Origin: Minisyncoccota bacterium
GTDB lineage: Bacteria; Patescibacteriota; Minisyncoccia; Phycocordibacterales; Zambryskibacteraceae
Direction: 5' to 3'
Assembly: GCA_036517475.1 (NCBI GenBank)
Contig: DATDVZ010000010.1
Location: forward strand, 15,338-79,337
DNA length: 64,000 bases
The notes under the pieces were generated by a model. It had not been told where the DNA came from. It searched no databases and saw only the letters and a program-made list of their open reading frames with translations. Each line of letters begins with the position of its first letter. Within the stretch, counting starts at the first letter, position 1. Shown piece after piece: positions 8,993 through 18,073 of this stretch. The position numbers and the translations under genes were made by a program.

Positions 8993-9038
8993 TGTGAACT
9001 TTTTAGATGTTCATCTTGAACGATTCGAAAAAAATCCA

Positions 9039-9416
9039 TCAGAGATAAGTTAAAATACTAAAAAGGGTTATCATTGCTGAGGTAATATGCCAAAAACTAT
9101 GCCACAGTAAAAAGTCTTTATTTTGCAGGTAAAAATATTGATAAAGTGCAGTAAATACAAGAACTACTACGAATAAAAAATAAGGGAAAGAGAAATTTCC
9201 CAAATAACAAATATAAAAATTAGAAGCTATTAAAACCCACGCAAAAAAATTATCGTAAAAATAATATCTTTTTTGATCATGATAATGATATAAGAAAGAA
9301 AAAATTGTTACTCCAAGTAATGTTATCGCTGTGATCCAAATTTTATTGTAAAAAGCTACAAATAATGGGATTAGGAAAGCCAAAATACTTGCTTGTAAAA
9401 AACGTTTTGAATTCAT
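9039..9416 (-). CDS. small polytopic membrane protein
   Basis: 125 aa, 4 predicted TM helices, aromatic-rich. Confidence 0.35.
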   Translation of the reverse strand: MNSKRFLQASILAFLIPLFVAFYNKIWITAITLLGVTIFSFLYHYHDQKRYYFYDNFFAWVLIASNFYICYLGNFSFPYFLFVVVLVFTALYQYFYLQNKDFLLWHSFWHITSAMITLFSILTYL

Positions 9417-9419
9417 TTT

Positions 9420-10115
9420 TTACTGCAGTAATATTAAACTAGACACTGCAATTGCTGCAGTTTCTGATTTTAAAACCACATTTCCAAGCGAATAAATCTT
9501 CACTGAATTTTTATTGAAAAGAAATAGTTCCTTTTCGCTCCAGCCTCCTTCAGGACCAATAAAAACTCCTATTGGTGAGAGGTTATGGATATGTTCAATC
9601 CTGAACTCTTCCCCCTTTGTATGAAAAGCAAAACAAGGAAATTCATGGCTCAACGAATGCTCAAAGTGTTTTATTTCCGTGATCTCCGGAATCAGCGCCT
9701 TTTCTGATTGCTCAGCAGCTTCTTTGAGAATTACGCGAGCTCTGTCAAAATTAATTTCTTTTTTTTCGCTTCGATCAGAAATGATGGGAAAAAATTTTGA
9801 AACACCCAGTTCTGTCCCCTTTTCAATAATCCACTCAAATTTGTCTTTCTTTGTAAGAGAACAGAACAGATAAAGCTCGCGGTTAGGAATATTTTTACTT
9901 TCCTTGCGTGAAACTATTGAAAACATCAGATCACCCCTCTCAAAACTTGAGATCAAAGCGTGATATTCATAACCTGTATTATCTAGGAGTATAACCTGCC
10001 CACCTATATTGAATCTGAAAACGTTTCTCAACTGATTGTATAAAGAAGAATCACGAACAACAATCTCCTTTTTCTTGTCAATTTCTTTTGAAACAAAAAA
10101 ACGATGAAGTCTCAT
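9420..10115 (-). CDS. rsmE: 16S rRNA (uracil1498-N3)-methyltransferase RsmE
   Basis: 231 aa; MRLHRFFV N-term, GPEGGWSEKE SPOUT motif. Confidence 0.8.
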   Translation of the reverse strand: MRLHRFFVSKEIDKKKEIVVRDSSLYNQLRNVFRFNIGGQVILLDNTGYEYHALISSFERGDLMFSIVSRKESKNIPNRELYLFCSLTKKDKFEWIIEKGTELGVSKFFPIISDRSEKKEINFDRARVILKEAAEQSEKALIPEITEIKHFEHSLSHEFPCFAFHTKGEEFRIEHIHNLSPIGVFIGPEGGWSEKELFLFNKNSVKIYSLGNVVLKSETAAIAVSSLILLQ

Positions 10116-10215
10116 ACATTAGCAATTTAGCTATTAGGCATTAGGCTTTAGAATAATATAATTGTTCTGAGAAACAAAATTTTACTTTTAAATATGTTTT
10201 GTGTATTCTTTGTAT

Positions 10216-10236
10216 TGCTAAAAGCTAACAGTTAAA
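10216..10236 (+). repeat. three heptamers tgctaaa agctaac agttaaa upstream of the clpP leader
   Basis: same AGCT-heptamer family as 4884 and 19715. Confidence 0.35.
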
Positions 10237-10246
10237 AACTACTTAT

Positions 10247-10306
10247 ATGTTAATACCTACGGTTACCCCAGTACTGAGCAAAGCTCGCTACGGGGCAAGA
10301 AGTTAA
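10247..10306 (+). other. 19-codon leader ORF (MLIPTVTPVLSKARYGARS) duplicating the first 14 nt of clpP
   Basis: atgttaatacctac is identical to the clpP start. Contains a GC-rich imperfect hairpin ccccagtactgagc/gctcgctacgggg. Confidence 0.4.
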
Positions 10307-10353
10307 GACCGAGTGCATGATAATATAATTACCTGAAATTTAAATATTAAAAT

Positions 10354-10941
10354 ATGTTAATACCTACAGTAATAGAAAAATCCCAGTTCGGAGAGCGAGC
10401 ATATGATATTTACTCGCGTCTACTTAAAGATCGTATTATGTTCTTGGGCGGGTCAATAGATGACGATGTTGCAAATATTGTAATTGCTCAGCTTCTTTTC
10501 CTTGAGAATGAAGACTCTAAAAAAGATATCCATCTCTATATACATTCGCCCGGGGGTAATGTCTATTCTGGCTTAGCTATTTACGATACGATGCAGCATA
10601 TAAAACCCAGTATTGCCACATACTGCATTGGCATCGCTGCTTCGATGGCATCTATTTTGCTTTCTGCCGGCGCAAAAGGGAAAAGATTTGTTCTGCCAAA
10701 TGCTGAGGTTATGATTCACCAACCCCTCGGTGGTGCTGAAGGCCAAGCTTCTGACATAGAAATTTCCGCTCGTCAAATTCTTAAGGCAAAAGCCAGAATT
10801 AATGAAATACTAGCTAAAAATACTGGCCAACCAATATCAAAAATTGAAAAAGATGCTGATAGAGATTTCTTTTTAACTGCTGAAGAGGCAGTCAAATACG
10901 GCATTGTTGATAAGATTCTCAAGCCAAAAAACGGCCACTAA
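10354..10941 (+). CDS. clpP: ATP-dependent Clp protease proteolytic subunit
   Basis: 195 aa; catalytic GIAASMAS (Ser) and MIHQP (His). Confidence 0.92.
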   Translation: MLIPTVIEKSQFGERAYDIYSRLLKDRIMFLGGSIDDDVANIVIAQLLFLENEDSKKDIHLYIHSPGGNVYSGLAIYDTMQHIKPSIATYCIGIAASMASILLSAGAKGKRFVLPNAEVMIHQPLGGAEGQASDIEISARQILKAKARINEILAKNTGQPISKIEKDADRDFFLTAEEAVKYGIVDKILKPKNGH

Positions 10942-11147
10942 ACCAAAATTGATACCCCTTTTCTTGACTGATAGACCATTTTTTTGTAGATTATACTTGT
11001 TAATCTTTAAAAAATTTAATTTTTACATTGTCCAGATTTTCCTTAATTTTCTGAAATTCTCTTTCCAAAACCGCATTATACATTATGAGTATTCAAGCCG
11101 TTTGACTAACTTAGTGTGATTTGATTTAAGAAATCTCTGGGCAATTA

Positions 11148-12683
11148 TTGCCTATGTCATTAAAAATAGTTCTGTTACTGCTAACCATTGCAGCATCTGC
11201 CGGTATTGCTTTCGGTTATTTTTTACGCTGGATAATATCTCTGGGTCAGAAGGGCTCAGTTGAATTGGATATTAAGGAGAAACTGCTTAATACGGAAGAG
11301 CAGGCAAAAAAAATCACTAACGAAGCGGAAAATAAAGCCGAGCAAATTATCAATGAAGCCAGAATAGAAATAAAAGAGCGAGAAGAAAAAATAAAAAAAA
11401 GCGAGGATCGTATTATTAAGAAAGAAGACTTTCTCGATAAGCGACAACTTGATATTGATAAAGAAATTGAGGCCGTCAAGGAAAAAATCTCTGAGGTGCG
11501 TGGCCTCAAGGAAAAAACTGAAGAGCTTCTCAATGAACGTCTTGAGGCCCTGCAAAAAATTTCAAAGCTATCAAAAGAAGAAGCCAAATCAGAACTCCTT
11601 AAAGAAATAGAGAAGGAGGCCGAGGAGGACGCCCTCTCAAGAGTCAGAAAGTTTGAAATGCACGCTTCTGAAATAATGGAGGAAAAAGCAAAGGAAATTC
11701 TTGCTTCCTCTATTCAACGACTTGCTTCGTCAGTTCCTTCTGAAATTATGGCTACAGCCGTTTCAATTCCTTCTGAGGAGGTAAAAGGTAAAATTATAGG
11801 TAAAGAAGGGCGTAATATAAAAGCCTTTGAAAGATCTACGGGAGTTGAAATAATAATTGACGACACTCCGGGATCAATCACACTCTCTTCCTTTGACCCA
11901 GTCAGACGCCAGATTGCGAGAGTAGCTTTGGAAAATCTAATCTTGGATGGCAGAATTCAGCCAGCAAAAATTGAAGAAGCTGTAGAAAAAGCAAAACAGG
12001 ATGTTAATAAAATTATCAAAGAAAAAGGCGAGCAGGCAGTATATGAATGCGGTGTTTATAATCTTGATCCAAGGGTTATTTCAATTCTCGGAAGATTATA
12101 TTTTCGTACAAGTTATGGACAGAATGTTCTTCAACATTCAATTGAGATGGCGCACATTGCAAGAATGCTTGCTGAAGAACTCGGTGCTGATGTTGCAGTG
12201 GCAAAAGCTGGAGCCCTGCTTCATGATATAGGCAAAGCCGTAGATCATGAAGTGGTTGGAACACATGTTGAAATTGGTAGAAGAATACTTCAGAAATTCG
12301 GAGTCAGTAATGAAATTATCAAGGCAATGCAGTCTCATCACGGTGAATATCCTTACGAAACAGTTGAATCAATAATTGTTCAGACAGCAGATGCTATTTC
12401 CGGCGGAAGGCCCGGCGCAAGACGCGATACTGTAGAAAATTATCTAAAACGATTGAAAGAACTTGAGGCAATTGCAGCCAGCTTTAGCGGTGTTGAGAAA
12501 TCATATGCAATAGCAGCAGGAAGAGAAATAAGAGTTTTTGTAACACCGGGCGAAATTTCAGATTTTGAAGCTCAAAAACTTGCAAGAAGTATTGCAAATA
12601 AAATAGAAAATGAACTCAAATATCCTGGAGAGATAAAAATAACAGTCATCCGGGAAAACAGGATTGTGGAATTTGCCCGCTAA
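11148..12683 (+). CDS. rny: ribonuclease Y
   Basis: 511 aa; N-terminal TM, coiled coil, KH domain, HD domain (LLHDIGKA). Confidence 0.9.
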   Translation: MPMSLKIVLLLLTIAASAGIAFGYFLRWIISLGQKGSVELDIKEKLLNTEEQAKKITNEAENKAEQIINEARIEIKEREEKIKKSEDRIIKKEDFLDKRQLDIDKEIEAVKEKISEVRGLKEKTEELLNERLEALQKISKLSKEEAKSELLKEIEKEAEEDALSRVRKFEMHASEIMEEKAKEILASSIQRLASSVPSEIMATAVSIPSEEVKGKIIGKEGRNIKAFERSTGVEIIIDDTPGSITLSSFDPVRRQIARVALENLILDGRIQPAKIEEAVEKAKQDVNKIIKEKGEQAVYECGVYNLDPRVISILGRLYFRTSYGQNVLQHSIEMAHIARMLAEELGADVAVAKAGALLHDIGKAVDHEVVGTHVEIGRRILQKFGVSNEIIKAMQSHHGEYPYETVESIIVQTADAISGGRPGARRDTVENYLKRLKELEAIAASFSGVEKSYAIAAGREIRVFVTPGEISDFEAQKLARSIANKIENELKYPGEIKITVIRENRIVEFAR

Positions 12684-12898
12684 ATCAGATGTATCTTCTG
12701 TTTTAACTGATTATAGCTTTATTTTAAGCCATATTTTTTTATAATGGAAAAAATACCTTTATTTTTCAATAGATTTTACTTGCCACTAAAATAGCTTGAT
12801 ATATAATGGCTCTACGACTAGAGATAAGGTTGGCAGCATATTATTCCTTAGTCTCGACGGTCGAGGATATTAACAGAAATAAATTTTCAATATAGAAA

Positions 12899-13171
12899 AT
12901 GAATAAAGCAGCATTAATTGAGGCGGTTCACGCTAAACTTGGAGGAACTAAAGTCCAAGCAGAACAAGCAGTTGAAACAATGATTGATACAATCGTTGAC
13001 ACTCTTAAAAAAGGCGGCGAAATGTCAATTGCTGGTCTTGGAATTTTCTCAACTAAGACTCGCGCAGCCAGACAAGCTCGCAATCCCCGAACCGGCGAAA
13101 CTATTCAAGTTTCAGCTATGAGAGTTCCTAAATTCCGCGCCGCAAAAGCTCTCAAGGACGCAGTAAAATAA
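12899..13171 (+). CDS. hup: HU family DNA-binding protein
   Basis: 90 aa; MNKAALIEAV...RNPRTGETIQV... Confidence 0.9.
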   Translation: MNKAALIEAVHAKLGGTKVQAEQAVETMIDTIVDTLKKGGEMSIAGLGIFSTKTRAARQARNPRTGETIQVSAMRVPKFRAAKALKDAVK

Positions 13172-13189
13172 TTTTTAAGATTTCATACA

Positions 13190-13218
13190 AAAAAAACGCG
13201 ATCTAACGCGTTTTTTTG
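13190..13218. terminator. bidirectional intrinsic terminator (aaaaaacgcg atctaa cgcgttttttt)
   Basis: 8-bp stem flanked by A-run and T-run. Confidence 0.7.
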
Positions 13219-13235
13219 TATGTAAAATCCCGCAA

Positions 13236-13631
13236 CTAAGTTACGGGATTGTCCTCTACCTCCAGTGGATCTCGAACGAAGGCCTCCGCTCCGAACCACT
13301 CGCCAGAACTTCTTTGAGAAAATCCGGTTTCCTCTGATTCCTCTCTAATAAGACCGGACTTGATCATAACCCTTCGGATTCTCATCTGTTTTTCATTCCG
13401 ACAGATATGAATGTACTCTTGCAAGAGCCAAACAAAAAATGGGTTGATTCTTTTAATTCCTTCCCTCTCCTGAATCTCCATTTGTTTAGCAAATGGAGTC
13501 CCCTCTCCAGTAAGACCAACCTCATATACATCAATTCTATCAAGAAGATTTTTATACCAGAGATGAAATTTTGGAATTCTGATTTGCAATTTACCGAATA
13601 CCAGCAAGATCAGATTCCTTAACAAATTCAT
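13236..13631 (-). CDS. hypothetical protein (131 aa), last gene of the tRNA-mRNA island
   Basis: no recognised domain; hairpin aatcccg...cgggatt at 13226-13251 overlaps its stop. Confidence 0.35.
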   Translation of the reverse strand: MNLLRNLILLVFGKLQIRIPKFHLWYKNLLDRIDVYEVGLTGEGTPFAKQMEIQEREGIKRINPFFVWLLQEYIHICRNEKQMRIRRVMIKSGLIREESEETGFSQRSSGEWFGAEAFVRDPLEVEDNPVT

Positions 13632-13805
13632 ATCCCACCTCCAGAGCTAGAGAGTTTGTTAGAAAAGCGCATCTGAGTAATAAACTAATATGGATAACAA
13701 ATTAATGCAATATTCCATTCAAATTTAAGAAAATTTATTTGCGTCAGTGCGACGCGCTTTGCGCCTTCCACCTTCTGGCTTTGAAAAAGCCGTTGAGTTC
13801 TGTAT

Positions 13806-13879
13806 TGGTGCGGCCAGCGAGAATCGAACTCGCGTCCCGTCCTTGGCAAGGACGTATTCTGCCACTAAACCATGGCCGC
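13806..13879 (-). tRNA. tRNA-Gly (GCC), CCA encoded
   Basis: GCGGCCA acceptor, anticodon stem CGTCC/GGACG, loop TTGCCAA, T-arm GCGAG-TTCGATT-CTCGC. Confidence 0.8.
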
Positions 13880-13926
13880 ATAAAAAAGAATTTTAAAATC
13901 CTATCAAATTAATAGAAATCAAACAA

Positions 13927-14466
13927 TTATTTGGCACCTAAGAAATTTATTATCTTTAATGCACATTTTTGTGGAGATAGGTGCGTATTGTTAATAATAA
14001 TTGGCGGATAAGATTTTAATCCTTGAAAAATTTTCGCTTTCAATTTTTCTTTAAACTTTTTGATTGTATTAGTTTTTGTTTTTTCTTTTCTTGAAGGCAT
14101 TAGAATTCTATTTTTATGCTCCTGCCAATCACACTCTATCCTGAAGAAAAAAATTTCGGCGTTCATTTTTTTTGCTAATTGTACAGATTTTTTCGCAATC
14201 TGCGTTGTTGGATGAAGTCTTATACTCAAAGTACAAATAATACCCCCTACTCCTGACTTAAGAAGCATTTTGAGTATTGCTAGATGCATTTTTCCATTTA
14301 GTAGGTGTGCATTTGGGGTTCCTTGGGGTATGAAATGACAGATCTCTCTGTAAGTAAGATGGTTATCCAACAATGCATATCCAGTCAACTTGCTGATAGC
14401 AAGACCGATCGTAGTTTTACCCACTCCAGGCAAACCAATCAAATAAATTACTCTTTTTCTTCTCAT
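13927..14466 (-). CDS. P-loop NMP/shikimate-kinase-like protein
   Basis: Walker A LIGLPGVGKTTIGLAISKLTGYALLDNHL (shikimate/gluconate kinase-like N-term). ATG at 14466. Confidence 0.5.
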   Translation of the reverse strand: MRRKRVIYLIGLPGVGKTTIGLAISKLTGYALLDNHLTYREICHFIPQGTPNAHLLNGKMHLAILKMLLKSGVGGIICTLSIRLHPTTQIAKKSVQLAKKMNAEIFFFRIECDWQEHKNRILMPSRKEKTKTNTIKKFKEKLKAKIFQGLKSYPPIIINNTHLSPQKCALKIINFLGAK

Positions 14467-14543
14467 TTTATTGCTTAATGCCAATATTTACTCAGGCAAT
14501 CCCAACCAAAGGATAATCAATTATATTTTAACCCTAATTATAT

Positions 14544-14614
14544 TCGGGCTGCCGGGAATTGAACCCGGGCCTTACCCACCCCATGGGCAAATACTACCGT
14601 TATACTACAGCCCG
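14544..14614 (-). tRNA. tRNA-Pro (GGG), no encoded CCA
   Basis: C1:G70 first pair, discriminator A, loop ATGGGGT, T-arm CCGGG-TTCAATT-CCCGG. Confidence 0.75.
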
Positions 14615-14617
14615 TTA

Positions 14618-15130
14618 TTATTCAAAAAAACCCTTCTCTTTGTACTCCTTTACCAATGCATCCGCAGTTTCTTTTTCAAGGTCTATGGGAATCTGGCTTG
14701 CCCACTCTTCAGCCTCTTCCAATTTATCATTTATCAAAAGATATAGAAGTTTTGTGATGGTATTTGGGTGATTCTCAGACTGGTACTCGAGTGCTTTTGC
14801 AGCATGAAACTGTGCTTTTTCTTTATCTTTATATCTCCATGTCGCACAGCTAATTGCATGATGATGCCAAAACCAGAGAATTTCTTGCCAATATTCTTTT
14901 TCTTCTTCCGTAAGAGTTGCTGAATCAACAGCTTCTAAAATTTCTTTTACTTTATTTACTACTAGATTAGGATTGTTATAATCCCAGGAACCATCCTTCA
15001 TGAGTTTCTGATCTTCTTCGCTGTATCTATGCGACAACCCAAGAGGTGTTTTTGCCGCCAGCAGAACATAAGCTGCCCTTAGTGGGCTTCTCTCTATTTC
15101 AAATACTTCATTACCGGTGGAACCTTCCAT
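14618..15130 (-). CDS. hypothetical protein (170 aa) wedged between two tRNA-Pro genes
   Basis: ATG 2 nt after the tRNA-Pro(UGG) 3' end; stop 3 nt before the tRNA-Pro(GGG) 5' end. Confidence 0.4.
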   Translation of the reverse strand: MEGSTGNEVFEIERSPLRAAYVLLAAKTPLGLSHRYSEEDQKLMKDGSWDYNNPNLVVNKVKEILEAVDSATLTEEEKEYWQEILWFWHHHAISCATWRYKDKEKAQFHAAKALEYQSENHPNTITKLLYLLINDKLEEAEEWASQIPIDLEKETADALVKEYKEKGFFE

Positions 15131-15132
15131 TG

Positions 15133-15203
15133 TCGGGGCGCCGAGAATCGAACTCGGCCCTCATGCTCCCAAAGCATGCATACTACCGATATACTACGCC
15201 CCG
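15133..15203 (-). tRNA. tRNA-Pro (UGG), no encoded CCA
   Basis: C1:G pair, anticodon stem CATGC/GCATG, loop TTTGGGA, T-arm CCGAG-TTCGATT-CTCGG. Confidence 0.8.
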
Positions 15204-15252
15204 AATTTCGGATTAATTTACACTGGTCGGCACCTCACTGGTATTCATTCGT

Positions 15253-15323
15253 TCGGGGTGCCGGGAATTGAACCCGATTCTCACGAACCCGAATCGTGTA
15301 TACTACCGGTGTACTACACCCCG
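15253..15323 (-). tRNA. tRNA-Pro (CGG), no encoded CCA
   Basis: C1:G pair, anticodon stem CACGA/TCGTG, loop TTCGGGT. Confidence 0.75.
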
Positions 15324-15370
15324 AAAATAACTTTCAAATCCTATCATAGAGACAGAAGAGCAGCGAATTT

Positions 15371-15754
15371 TTACAAAACAATATTTTCCATGTACTTCAC
15401 CTTAACTTTTTTATTCCCCTCATCAATCACCACTACCGCTACATCAAATTGCCAGTCAACCTCTAAATCTTTTTCAAGTAAATAAGTCTGAATTGTTCTT
15501 GATAACCTTTTCATTTTCCAGGGGTGAATGTTATCCTCCGGATTCCAAGAATCTAATGTTTCACGTGAAAACTCAGAAAAACTGACTGTTTTTACCTCAA
15601 CAAAATGAATTTTCCCGTCAATTTCTGCAATTATGTCAATTTCGCCCCATTTTCTTAGATAATTTCTTTCAATAATATTAGATTTTCTACTCTCAAGAAA
15701 TTTACAGGTAATTTCCTCACCAATATCACCAAATCTTCTTCTCTCGCTTTTCAT
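15371..15754 (-). CDS. YraN-family (UPF0102) endonuclease
   Basis: 127 aa; GDIGEEITCKFLESRKSNIIERNY...GEIDIIAEIDGKIHFVEVKT. Confidence 0.7.
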   Translation of the reverse strand: MKSERRRFGDIGEEITCKFLESRKSNIIERNYLRKWGEIDIIAEIDGKIHFVEVKTVSFSEFSRETLDSWNPEDNIHPWKMKRLSRTIQTYLLEKDLEVDWQFDVAVVVIDEGNKKVKVKYMENIVL

Positions 15755-15970
15755 AATTTAATTGATTTCACGTGAAACTAAAATATTAGTTACTAAGTAA
15801 CTTATTCAAAAATGTTACTTAGAAACACAATTAACTGATCTGTAATTAAATTCCTAATTAAAGGACGTCCTTTATACACATATCCACAGTTTTATCCCCA
15901 ATTCTTTGTCCTTTATATTTTAAATACAACCATACATATTTAAAGAATTGGGATTAAAATAAAGGACATT

Positions 15971-16041
15971 TGCGGGATGGGAGAATCGAACTCCCGACCA
16001 CAGTTTGGAAAACTGTTGTTTTGCCACTAAACTAATCCCGC
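15971..16041 (-). tRNA. tRNA-Gly (UCC), no encoded CCA
   Basis: GCGGGAT acceptor, anticodon stem ACAGT/ACTGT, loop TTTCCAA. Confidence 0.8.
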
Positions 16042-16043
16042 AT

Positions 16044-16115
16044 CGCACCCGTCAGGAATCGAACCCGAAATACGAAGTCCGAAGCTTCGCGTGATATCCG
16101 TTTCACTACGGGTGC
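16044..16115 (-). tRNA. tRNA-Arg (UCG), no encoded CCA
   Basis: GCACCCG acceptor, anticodon stem CGAAG/CTTCG, loop CTTCGGA. 2 nt from tRNA-Gly. Confidence 0.8.
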
Positions 16116-16157
16116 ACAGCTATATCATAACTTCAATTCTCCTAAATTTAAGGCTTA

Positions 16158-16186
16158 ATATTAAACTAAAAGAATAAATGATACAA
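16158..16186 (-). promoter_or_regulatory. candidate promoter of the tRNA-mRNA island (TTGTAT-17-TAATAT on the minus strand)
   Basis: located about 40 nt upstream of the tRNA-Arg 5' end. Confidence 0.35.
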
Positions 16187-16194
16187 TCATTCTT

Positions 16195-17667
16195 ATGTCA
16201 AATTCTACCTTTGAAATACCCCCCGAAGTTTCACGTATAACCAAAAAATTAGAGGAAAATGGTTTTGAAGCTTATTTAATAGGTGGATGTGTACGTGACT
16301 TATTTCTTGGTAAAAAACCAAAAGATTGGGATATAACAACTAATGCTAAACCTGATGATATAGTTTCACTCTTTGAAAACACATTTTACGAAAACGAATT
16401 TGGCACAGTGGGGGTGGTAAACGAGACTGATGACCAAACTCTTAAGGTTATTGAGGTTACACCTTACAGAACAGAGGGTAAGTACACGGACAGAAGAAGG
16501 CCTGATAATGTTTCATTTGATGCCACTTTAGAGGATGACCTGAAAAGACGTGATTTTACCATTAATGCTATTGCATTAAATAGTGAGAAAAACATCGTTG
16601 TTGACCCTTTTTTGGGCAGAAAAGATATTCAGGATGGTCTAATCCGGACAGTTGGTAATCCAAATGACAGATTTGAGGAAGATGGATTAAGGCTTATTAG
16701 GGCAATAAGAATTTATTCAGAGTTAGGTTTTTATGTTGAAAAGGAAACTCTTAATGCAATAGAGGGTACGTCTTATCTGCTTAAAAATATTGCTAAGGAA
16801 AGAATCCGTGATGAATTTATAAAAATTATTGAATCCCCGAACCCAATGAATGGCCTAATACTTGCTCAAAAAACCGGTGTTCTAAAGTATATTATTCCTG
16901 AACTCCAGGATGCGGTCGGGATTGAGCAAAATAAAGCACATGCCTACGATGTCTGGACCCATTTGCAAAAAACACTACAGCATTCAGCAGATAAGAAATT
17001 ACCCCTTCATGTCCGTCTGGCAGCTTTGTTTCATGATATTTCCAAACCGGCTGCCCGCCGAAGATCAGAAAATGGCGAAGATTGGACATTTTATGGTCAC
17101 GATGTACTGGGCGCCAAGATTACAGAGAAAATACTTGAAGACCTAAAGTTCCCAAGGGACACAATTAATAAGGTAGCTAAACTGGTACGCTGGCATATGT
17201 TCTTTTCAGACACTGAAAAAATAACCCTTTCTGCCGTCAGACGCCTAGTTGCTAATGTCGGAGAACAAAATGTATGGGATTTAATGGATTTAAGAGCCTG
17301 CGACAGGGTGGGGACAGGCAGACCCAAGGAACATCCCTACCGCTTGCGCAAGTATAAAGCTATGGTGGAAGAGGTGATGCGTGATCCTGTAACAGTCGGG
17401 ATGTTGAAAATTAATGGAGATAAAATTATGAAAATTACCAGTCTGCCAGCTGGTCCAAAAATTGGGTTTATACTTCACGCCCTACTTGAAGAAGTTCTTG
17501 AAAAACCAGATCTAAATACAGAGGAGGAATTGATAAAAATAACTAAGAAATTAGGCCTACTTTCTGATGATGAATTAAAAAAAATAGGAGAAGCGGGAAA
17601 AAGAAAAAGAGAAGAAGAGGAAGAAAAGGTTATCAAAGAAATTAGGGGTAAATACTGGGTCAAGTAA
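16195..17667 (+). CDS. cca: CCA-adding tRNA nucleotidyltransferase with HD domain
   Basis: 490 aa; GGCVRDLFLGKKPKDWDITT head motif, HD domain LFHDISKP. Confidence 0.85.
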   Translation: MSNSTFEIPPEVSRITKKLEENGFEAYLIGGCVRDLFLGKKPKDWDITTNAKPDDIVSLFENTFYENEFGTVGVVNETDDQTLKVIEVTPYRTEGKYTDRRRPDNVSFDATLEDDLKRRDFTINAIALNSEKNIVVDPFLGRKDIQDGLIRTVGNPNDRFEEDGLRLIRAIRIYSELGFYVEKETLNAIEGTSYLLKNIAKERIRDEFIKIIESPNPMNGLILAQKTGVLKYIIPELQDAVGIEQNKAHAYDVWTHLQKTLQHSADKKLPLHVRLAALFHDISKPAARRRSENGEDWTFYGHDVLGAKITEKILEDLKFPRDTINKVAKLVRWHMFFSDTEKITLSAVRRLVANVGEQNVWDLMDLRACDRVGTGRPKEHPYRLRKYKAMVEEVMRDPVTVGMLKINGDKIMKITSLPAGPKIGFILHALLEEVLEKPDLNTEEELIKITKKLGLLSDDELKKIGEAGKRKREEEEEKVIKEIRGKYWVK

Positions 17668-17761
17668 ATTTAAATCAAAATGTAAATATTAAATTGTAAA
17701 ACTCTGGAATCCCGCGAGGCGGGATACAATAATTTTGATTTTTAAATTTTAATTTTTTATC

Positions 17762-18047
17762 TACAATAAAAAACCGCACTGCGTTGCGGAGCAGAGCGGC
17801 TTCTAGAAAGTACTCATCAGCCAAATTCAAGGGAAACATCAATCGTTCGCAAAAAATAGGTGGGGAACGTGACGATCCTCCCAAGAAAACACCAATGAAC
17901 CTTCCTTAGGTTATAACCATAAAGATCAATGCCCCGGCTTCACTCTTATAAGTTCCGCCGAAACGTCCGATATGATTATAACACGTGTCAAGGACAAAAA
18001 TCAGTAGCTGTGGAAAACTTTGTCCTTTAATTAAATATTGAAATATT
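17762..18047 (-). ncRNA. candidate small RNA: extended -10 promoter (TGTTATAAT) to intrinsic terminator, minus strand
   Basis: minus-strand ttgacacgtgttataat at about 17985-17968; terminator ccgcaacgcagtgcgg+T6 at 17790-17762; no convincing ORF. Confidence 0.25.
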
Positions 18048-18073
18048 AAAAAAACCCATTACTTAATGGGTTT
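18048..18073. terminator. hairpin aaacccatt-actta-atgggttt overlapping the stop of the 18059 gene
   Basis: 9-bp stem, A/T runs on both sides. Confidence 0.6.

Noticed and set aside
10116-10353. CtsR or CIRCE heat-shock operators upstream of clpP
   Set aside because: No GGTCAAA direct repeats and no TTAGCACTC-N9-GAGTGCTAA. Only the uORF, hairpin and heptamer motifs are present.
17800-17840. CUGAUGAG hammerhead-like core in the candidate sRNA
   Set aside because: No GAAA element or three-helix arrangement follows, so this is a coincidental octamer.
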